NCBI GenBank assembly: GCA_951406725.2
Contig: OX597821.1
Span: forward strand, 107,880,001-107,944,000
Source: Octopus vulgaris
Taxonomy: Eukaryota
Reading direction: 5' to 3'
Length of the DNA: 64,000 nucleotides
Both the position numbers and the translations under genes were made by a program. Each line of letters begins with the position of its first letter. Positions within the stretch are counted from its first letter, which is position 1. Shown one piece after another: positions 56,222-64,000 of the stretch. The notes under the pieces are model-generated. The model was not told the origin of the DNA. It was given only the letters and a program-made list of their open reading frames with translations, and did no database searches.

Positions 56222-56679
56222 ACAGATGTTTACTGTCAACAACTAATGAAACTGGAGAAAGCAATCAAAGAAAAACGGCCAGAATTGGCAAATCGTAAAG
56301 GAATTGTCTTCCACCATGACAACGCTAGACCACACACGTATTTGCTAACTCGCGAAAAATTGTTGGAGCTTGGTTGGGAAGTGATGTCACACCCATCATA
56401 TAGCCCTGACCGTGCACCATCATTTATTTCAAAGTTTGCAAAATTCTTTGAATGGTAAAACTTTCAATAATAATGATGACCTGAAAACGCACTTGCTTCA
56501 GTTTTTGGCTGATAAGGACCAGAAGTTCTATGAGCGCGGAATCATAAAGATACCAGAAAGATGGCAAAAGGTCATCGAACAAAATGAAAAGTATATTATT
56601 GATTAAAGTTCATTTTTGTACTAAAAAAGATGAGTTTATTTTATACTATAAAACCGAAATTACTTTCTTGCCAACCTAA
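56222..56679 (+). pseudogene. Mariner transposase 3' relic with right TIR
   Basis: KEKRPELANRKGIVFHHDNARPH...LGWEVMSHPSYSPDRAPS, a frameshift, then HLFQSLQNSLNGK...PERWQKVIEQN. Ends TTACTTTCTTGCCAACCTAA before TA. Confidence 0.92.
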
Positions 56680-56689
56680 TATATGTATA

Positions 56690-57107
56690 CTCTTTACTTG
56701 CTTCAGTCATTTGACTGCGGCCATGCTGGGGCACCGCCTTTAGTCATGTAAATCGACCCCAGGATTTATTCTTTGTAAGCCTAGTACTTATTCTATCGGT
56801 CTCTTTTGCCGAACCGCTAAGTTACGGGGACGTAAACGCACCATCATCGGTTGTCAAGCGATGTTGGGGGTTGGACAAACACAGATACATAAACATATAC
56901 ATATACATACATACACACACACGCGCGCGCACACATATACATATATAGGACGGACTTCTTTCAGTTTCCGTCAACCAAATCCACTCAAGGTTTTGGTCGG
57001 CCCGAAGCTATATTAGAAGACACTAGACCAAGATGCCACGCAGTGGGACTGAACACAGAACCATGTGGTTGGTAAGCAAGCTACTTACCAGACTACCACT
57101 CCTGCGT
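56690..57107 (-). mobile_element. SINE S1, full length
   Basis: Reverse complement of the reference copy. Confidence 0.9.
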
Positions 57108-57120
57108 CTATATATAAATA

Positions 57121-57157
<37 letters not shown>

Positions 57158-57478
57158 TTTTCTCGCCCCGCCTTAATTCTTCCGTCCCTTTGCCTGTACT
57201 CCTCTCTCTCTTCTCTCCCCACCTGACCGGTGTTCGACCAAGTCTGACTTTTCTTTCTTGGTTCGTCTTCTGTCCGTCAACATCTATATTCTTCCCTGTG
57301 CCTGTGAAATCTTGTACCTCTGTCGCCAACTTAATTTAATTCGTCCTTAGACGAAATACACCTGTTGTTATGTCCTGTTATTTGTATTTGTATTTCTCCG
57401 TTTTTTTCCGCCTTTGTTTTCGTATACATTCGCTGCTTTCTTCCAAGGGATCGAATGCTCTTAGCTTAGTTTTTCCTT

Positions 57479-57553
57479 GAGGCTGGCCAGATTGGATCAA
57501 TCTCGAGTATAACCAGCCGAAATTGCAAAAATAATCTGGAATTCGACTGAGGA
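57479..57553 (+). ncRNA. Permuted or pseudoknotted hammerhead-like motif, family C copy 2 (most complete)
   Basis: GA-GGCTGG ... CAA-TC-TCGAGT ... CCAGCC-GAAA-TTG ... ATTCGA-CTGAGGA, with CCAGATT/AATCTGG. Predicted cleavage after 57502. Confidence 0.65.
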
Positions 57554-57662
57554 AAGAAAACTCCGAATGACCTGTCCTTGATTTTTTTGTATCATCTATC
57601 TGGATGTTTTGTTGTCCCTTTCTTCTATCACAGTCTGGATGCTTTGCGTTCTTGTCTCATTT

Positions 57663-57723
<61 letters not shown>

Positions 57724-57817
57724 TATATAGTTGAAATTTACACAAAAACAAAAGATGAAGACAGGTGTATAAACAAGAAGCAGGTGTATTAGTTTAACGC
57801 CCGGGAAAGTGAGAAAG

Positions 57818-57850
57818 TCTTTTACGTTTCGAGCCTACCCTCTTCAACAG
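57818..57850 (-). ncRNA. Family A hammerhead truncated immediately 5' of the core
   Basis: CTGTTGA-A-GAGG(GTAG)GCTC-GAAAC-GTA-AAAGA. The 5' stem I strand is replaced by an inverted family B unit. Confidence 0.55.
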
Positions 57851-57921
57851 GTGACCTCGTGTGTACCGTTGGCGATTTTTTTCCCTCTGTCTTCCCTTCT
57901 CTGGATCTTTCCTTCTCCTAT

Positions 57922-57956
57922 GTTTCCGACGAAGAGCTCCGCTCGAAACGTTAAAC
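57922..57956 (+). ncRNA. Minimal hammerhead, family B (U4C)
   Basis: GTTT-CCGACGA-A-GAGC(TCC)GCTC-GAAAC-GTT-AAAC. Confidence 0.6.
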
Positions 57957-58475
57957 CCTCCTTCTTTCCTTCTGTTCCTGAGCGTCCAATAATACTCTAT
58001 TTGTTCCACGTCCTCGCGTTGTTGCGTTTTTTTTGTGCTTTCTTGTTTGGATTAACTTTATATATATACATATATACGACGAGCTTCTTTCAGTTTCTAT
58101 CAACCAAATCCACTCACAAGACTTTGGTCGGTCCGATCGTATTGTAGATGCCAGATGCCACGCAGTGGGACTGAACGTGGAGCCATGTGGTTGGAAAGCA
58201 AACTTCTTACCACACAGCCAAATATATATTTCATACCTTTCGGTTTTTTCTTTTAGCTTTTGAGACATCGTATACCTAGGACTACAGGTCAATATTATGA
58301 AATATATTCTCTCTCTTTTTTTCATCTGGTAGAATGAGAATTGAGGTAAATTTGGCTGTTACTTTTGGTAGAGCGACTGATTGATCATTTAGTAAGAAAC
58401 TTTATCCGGTGTTTGTGTAGTTGTGTGCCCCTGTATTGTCTTATGCGTGTCTGTGTGTGCCCGCATGATTGTGTA

Positions 58476-58552
<77 letters not shown>

Positions 58553-59627
58553 TGATGATGTGGGTGAAGGATGAAAAACCTGTGTAATGCTAAGGCCGAG
58601 GCTGACTGTTGAAGCGTGACACGGCCAACAAGGAAGAGCTGACTAAAATGGCAAAGCTAGTTGGCAGGTTTAGAAGTCAGGCAACGTTGGTTAAAGATGG
58701 CGGAGGTATTAACAATTGAAACGGTGGTGGTAGTGGTGATGGTGGTGGTGCTGGTACTGGTGGTGGTGGTGATTGCGTTGCGTGATAATGTTGGTAGTGA
58801 TAATGTTGCAGTGATAGTCGTGATAGTCGTATTGTTTAAAGATGGCGAAGGTGTTTGGCGGCGACCGCGGTCGTAGCGGTTTTGCTGCAATGGTCAAAGC
58901 TGTGGTGGTGACAGTGATGGCGATGGTGGTGGCAATTATGATATTCATAGCGATGAGGGTGATGATAGTGGTGGTGGTGGTGGTGGTGGTGGTGGTTGTC
59001 ATCATCGTCGTCGTGGTGCAGTTGATGTTAATTACGATACTGGTGTTGATGGTGGTGGTGGTGGTGGTGGTGGTGGTGGTGGTGATGGCGGTAAATCTGG
59101 CGAGGGTGGCGTTGCTGGTACTACTGCTAATGTCTGTTGTGCCCGTTAGTTTTCCCCTAGCCAGCCAGCCAGCCGGTCAGTCAGCCGATTCAACCTTCCT
59201 GCCCACCCCCTGTTTCTTTGTTTGTCTGTCTGTCTGCCTGTCTGTATGGCTGTTGGCTTGTTCGTGCGACTGGTACCTGCTAAGGATGAAGGAGGTATAT
59301 TGGCAGGAAGAGGAGACGAGAGAAACAGAGGGAGAGAGAGAGAGAAGAAGAAGGAGAGAAGGGTCGTATAAGGTAATGATGGCGATGGTGATTGTGGCGT
59401 TGGTGATGGTGTGGTGTGGTAGAAGAGATATGATGATAATTATGTTGGTGATAGAGACAATGATAATGATGATGATGATGATGATGATGATGATAATGAT
59501 GACGATGATGATTACGACGACGGTGACTACGACGATGATGATATTTATGATGATGATGATTATGACGGTGAAGACGACGACGACGATCATGATGATGATG
59601 TGATAATGATGATGATGGTGGTGGTGG

Positions 59628-59671
<44 letters not shown>

Positions 59672-59692
59672 GCGATTGTGACGATGACAATG

Positions 59693-59724
<32 letters not shown>

Positions 59725-59959
59725 GATGATGATTATAGTAGCGCTGTTGATATGGAGGGGAATTACGACAAGGATGGAAATGAGAAGGAAGAGGAAGCAG
59801 CAGAAAAAGAAAGATGAGGGAAATGACAAAAAGAAGAGAGAGGGATGGAGGTTAAAGAAGAGTGGGCGGCGGCGGAGGAGAGACGGATGAAAAGTTACTC
59901 AGTGTTGATGATAAAGTAAATTGGGATGTGAAGGTTCTGCTTTCATGCGTTTACAAGAC

Positions 59960-59991
<32 letters not shown>

Positions 59992-60139
59992 AGGGAAAGA
60001 AGGACGAGGAATAGAAAGAGTGGTGGAGGGAGGGAGAGAAGTGTGTCAGATTGGCAGGGTTTCCGACGAGGGTTTTTTGATGGAAGTTAACTGCGGGGTT
60101 TAATAGGTTTGGATTTTGGTTGTCATGACGGTTAGTTAG

Positions 60140-60910
60140 AGAGGGAGAGAGAGGGAGAGACAAACAGGAAGAGAGTGAGAGAGGCAGAGAGTGGTAGAGA
60201 GAGTGAGACAAAGAGGGAGAGAATGAGAGATAGGTATAGAGTGGTAGAGATAGGGGGAGAGGAAAAGAGAGAGAGACAGACAGACAGGGAGAGAGTGAGA
60301 GAGGCAGAGAGTCGTAGAGAGAGTGAGAGAAAATGAGAGAGGGAGAGGGAGAGAGACAGAGAATGAGAGAGAGGTATAGAGTGGTAGAGAGAGGGGGAGA
60401 GGAAAGGAGAGAGGGAGAGGCTGACGGACAGAGAAAGAGAGAGAAAAACAGGGAGAGAGTGAGAGAGAGGTAGAGAATGGTAGTGAGAGGGAGAGAGAAA
60501 AAGAGAGAGGGAGAGACAGGCAGACAGAGAAAGAGATAAAGAGAGAGAGAGACAAACAGGGAGCGAGTGAGAGAGAAAGTGGTAGAGAGAGGAAGAGACA
60601 GACAAAGAAATAATGAGAAAAAGAGAGAGAAAAACAGGGAGCGACAGAGAGAGACAGAGAGTGGTAGTGAGAGGGAGAAAGAAAAGGAGAGAGGGAGAGA
60701 CAGACAGACAGATAGAGAAAGTGAGAGAGAGACAAACAGGGAGAGAGTGAGAAAGAGAGAGTGGTAGAGAGAGAGAGAGACAGACAAACAGAAAGAGAAA
60801 AAGAGACAGATAGAGAAAGAGAGAGAGAGACAAACAAGGAGAGAGTGAGAGAGAGGTAGAGAGGCAGAGAGAAAGAGAGTGAGTGAGAGAGAGAGAGAGA
60901 GAGAGAGAGT
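60140..60910. repeat. GA-rich minisatellite (polypurine tract)
   Basis: Recurrent GAGTGGTAGAGAG and ACAGGGAGAGAGTGAG units. Confidence 0.9.
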
Positions 60911-61801
60911 TAAAGTTTATGTATGTGTGTCAGAGACGGAGGGGAGAGTGAGTGAAAGAGGGAAAGAGTAGGAGGAGGAAGAAGAGAGGTGCAGTCTACA
61001 GAGTGATTGAGTGAGTGATGAAGTCAGTGATTGCTTGAGTGAGTGAGAGTGTAAAATGAGTAAGACTGAGGATGAGGGATGGAGGTAAGGATGAAGGAGA
61101 TAAGGGAATGAATGAAAGAAGGAAACAGGGAGTGATTGAGTGAGTGTGAGAGTGAGTGAGTTACTGAATAAGTTGGTGGATGAGTGAGACAGAGAGTGAG
61201 TGCCTGATTGAGTGATTGAGAAAGTGAGTGCGCGAGTGGAAAGTAGTAGAAATCCACCAATAATAATATATTCAAAATGTACAACGCCTGAGTGTGGGTA
61301 GAATAACAATGTAAATAAACCCTTTTTATGCTATTGACGCGGGGTGGGGGGATGGAGAGAGGGAAAATCTCAGTTTCGTGGTTTGTTGACCGCTCTTCAG
61401 AGAAAAAGTGCTCAGTTTGCTCTCCCAGTCAATAACATAGATCAGCTACAATATAAAGCAGTCTAAAATTAGGCTAGCGCCAAATTAGTCAGCCTTAGAC
61501 TGCTCATCATTAGTTAAACAATAGCTGTTTTATGCAAGAGACATCGTAAATCAGATGAAATAAGAATAATTTAAACTTTACAGAGAGAGAGACACACACA
61601 GACAGATTGACAGACAGACAGAGGGAGAGAGAGAGAGAAAGATGAAGAGAAAAGGAGACACAAAGAAAGAGAGGCAGAGAAAGACCGAGGGAATCTCTTG
61701 ACGGACCTTTTTATGATGAATGCATTATTCACACTTGGTGATCTTACAGAAAGCTGTATATACTGTATATATACTCTAACCCTCTTAACTTAGACATTTT
61801 T

Positions 61802-61874
61802 GAGGGCAACTAGATCAAACCGGCTCAAGTGTAACTGCCCGAAACGGTCGTGACTTCTGGTACTTCACTGAGGA
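61802..61874 (+). ncRNA. Permuted or pseudoknotted hammerhead-like motif, family C copy 3 (divergent subfamily)
   Basis: GA-GGGCA ... ACCG-GC-TCAAGTG ... TGCCC-GAAA-CGGT ... TACTTCA-CTGAGGA, with CTAGA/TCTGG. U16.1 is changed to G. Confidence 0.55.
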
Positions 61875-62110
61875 AAGAAGGTCACGAAAGAACCGTCCTT
61901 TTTCTGCCTGTCCTTCTAATTGTTGTCTCACTTATCCGCCTTTGTATTGTCTATCTGTCCTTATGTTTTATTGTCCTCTGTTGAGTTTTTGCTCCATATA
62001 TATATATAGTTAATCCAAACATGAAAACACAAAGAGAAAACACAACAACGCAGGGACGTGAAACAAGTATAGTGTTATTCGACGCTCAGGAAAGGAAAGA
62101 AAGAAGGAGG

Positions 62111-62145
62111 ATTTAACGTTTCGAGCGGAGGTCTTCGTCATAAAT
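62111..62145 (-). ncRNA. Degenerate minimal hammerhead, family B
   Basis: ATTT-ATGACGA-A-GACC(TCC)GCTC-GAAAC-GTT-AAAT. Stem I has A-U where other copies have G-C. Confidence 0.55.
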
Positions 62146-62210
62146 ATAAAAACGGAAAGATCCAAGGAAGGGAAGACGGAGGAAAAAAACCGCTAACGAT
62201 ACACACGCGG

Positions 62211-62276
<66 letters not shown>

Positions 62277-62683
62277 CCGCTTTAACATGGTTGTCCGTTC
62301 GAGCGGACTCTATTGCGGTTTTTTAACCCCAAGAGGACATCTCTTCTAGTTGGTTAACGATGCACAGCAACATCCCATAAAACTGCGAGCAAGGGAGCTT
62401 ACTCCAACCATCTCCCAGTGACGGGACCAATAAGCCAGTCCTGGTTTCGGGCTATTTCTGCCACTTCTCAGTACTGGACTCTTCGTCTGCTAGAGAGGAT
62501 AGAAGTTCGCTTCTGCACGCAATATATATATATTTCAAGAGAGATTTTTAGAACCTGCATTTTTACTTTGGCATCCAGAAGATCCAAAAGGCAAGCAAGG
62601 CTATGCAAGTGCTACTGAAGGGCCGCTATTATACCTCCCGGTTCGATAATAGTAGAATCCTTACTCATACTATATATATATAT

Positions 62684-62825
62684 AGGCGTAGGAGTGGGTG
62701 TGTGGTAAGTAGTTTGCTTACGAACCACATGGTTCCGGGTTCAGTCCCACTGCATGGCACCTTTGACAAGTGTCTTCTACTATAGCCTCGGGGCGACCAA
62801 AGCCTTGTGAGCGGATTTGGTAGAC

Positions 62826-62862
<37 letters not shown>

Positions 62863-63133
62863 GATAAATAAAAATATATGCATACATACAAACATATATG
62901 TACGTACCTACATCTACATGTATATATACATGCATATATAAATAATTATACGTGAGTACAGGACACCACAATAAGACGTAGAAACGGGAAAAACAAAAAA
63001 ACAAAAAACAAGAAAACGAAAAACAAAAAACAAGAAAGCGAAAAAACAGTTACAGGACGAGCTACACAAGGAAAAAAACCCCGTCATCAGCTGTCGCTAG
63101 TGGAGTCAAGCATGTTTCGAAGGCAGAGACAGA

Positions 63134-63177
<44 letters not shown>

Positions 63178-63405
63178 GTATGTGTGTCTGTATATGTTTG
63201 GGTATCTGCGCCTGTCCCTCCAACATCGCTTGACGACTGATGCTGGTGTGTTTACGTCCCCGTAACTTAGCGGTTTGGCAAAAAACACCGATAGAATAAG
63301 TACTAGGCTTACAAAGAATAAGTCCTGGGGTCGATTTGCTCGACTAAAGGCGGTGCTCCAGCATGGCCACAGTCAAATGACTGAAGCAAGTAAAAGCGTA
63401 AAAGA
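62684..63405 (+). mobile_element. SINE S1 split by a family D unit inserted in its internal microsatellite
   Basis: Head 62684-62826, tail about 63190-63405. Confidence 0.8.
63079..63138 (-). ncRNA. Permuted hammerhead-like motif, family D
   Basis: TGTG-TT-CTGTC-tctg-CCTTC-GAAA-CATG ... GACAG-CTGATGA-C-GGGG. Confidence 0.55.
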
Positions 63406-63508
<103 letters not shown>

Positions 63509-63529
63509 TATGTATATATATATAAATAC

Positions 63530-63600
<71 letters not shown>

Positions 63601-63619
63601 TTGGAGAAAAGAGTAATCG

Positions 63620-63742
63620 TCATTGACAGGGCGCAAGCGTGCCGATTTGCATCTGACATACTTGTGAATCAATGCCGGGATGATCTTTCGTCTCGCTCCA
63701 ATATTGTGTTTTCAAGACAGTCTCCTATCTATGACGTCATTT
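63620..63742. promoter_or_regulatory. Candidate enhancer island (TALE, octamer and CRE motifs)
   Basis: TGACAG 63624, ATTTGCAT 63645, palindromic ATGACGTCAT 63731. Confidence 0.4.
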
Positions 63743-64000
63743 AGTATATGATTCCTCCTTTCTCCTAACCCCCTTCACATGTTCGTATTTACTGATTTAG
63801 TTTTGGTTTGATTAAATGTAGCCTTAAAGCACCGCTATCAACGTTACCGTTACCACCATCGCCTCAAACACAACCACTACCACAGCCACCACCATCATCA
63901 CCACCACAACCAACACTGTCACAACCACAACACCATCCCCATAACTACCATCGCCACCACAACCAGTGCCACCACCAACACTACCACCACCACCATCGTA

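Noticed and set aside
57229-57362. GGTGT-TC ... GTCT ... AGAC-GAAA-TACACC as another hammerhead
   Set aside because: Stem III is out of register and no CUGANGA with a stem I partner is present. Single copy.
58842-59890. 253-aa hydrophobic ORF and Met-rich ORFs, superficially reflectin-like
   Set aside because: They derive from (GGT)n and (GAT)n repeats and have no reflectin M/FD(X)5MD motif.

Overview
Eukaryotic non-coding DNA, most likely octopus (coleoid cephalopod). This is my inference from the extreme microsatellite density and the SINE families. No host protein-coding gene, rRNA, tRNA gene or CRISPR array can be supported, and almost all listed ORFs are translations of simple repeats. 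The window is a mosaic of microsatellites, three tRNA-derived SINE families, decayed Tc1/mariner elements, Helitron-like elements, CR1/L2-type LINE 3' ends, and short unique islands dense in transcription-factor motifs. The main result is a set of about 17 hammerhead-ribozyme-like motifs in short repeats embedded in (TA)n, probably Penelope-like. Family A has six minimal type I copies with a consistent non-canonical core CUGUNGA (A6U). Family B has five related copies with the canonical core. Families C and D have the three hammerhead strands in an order that is not a circular permutation of types I, II or III (cleavage strand, then GAAA strand, then CUGANGA strand). Family C shows compensatory changes in stems I, II and III, an extra helix, and an apparently split core. 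All pairings were read by eye and no activity is shown. A CpG-rich 155-codon open frame of unknown origin lies at 13627-14094.
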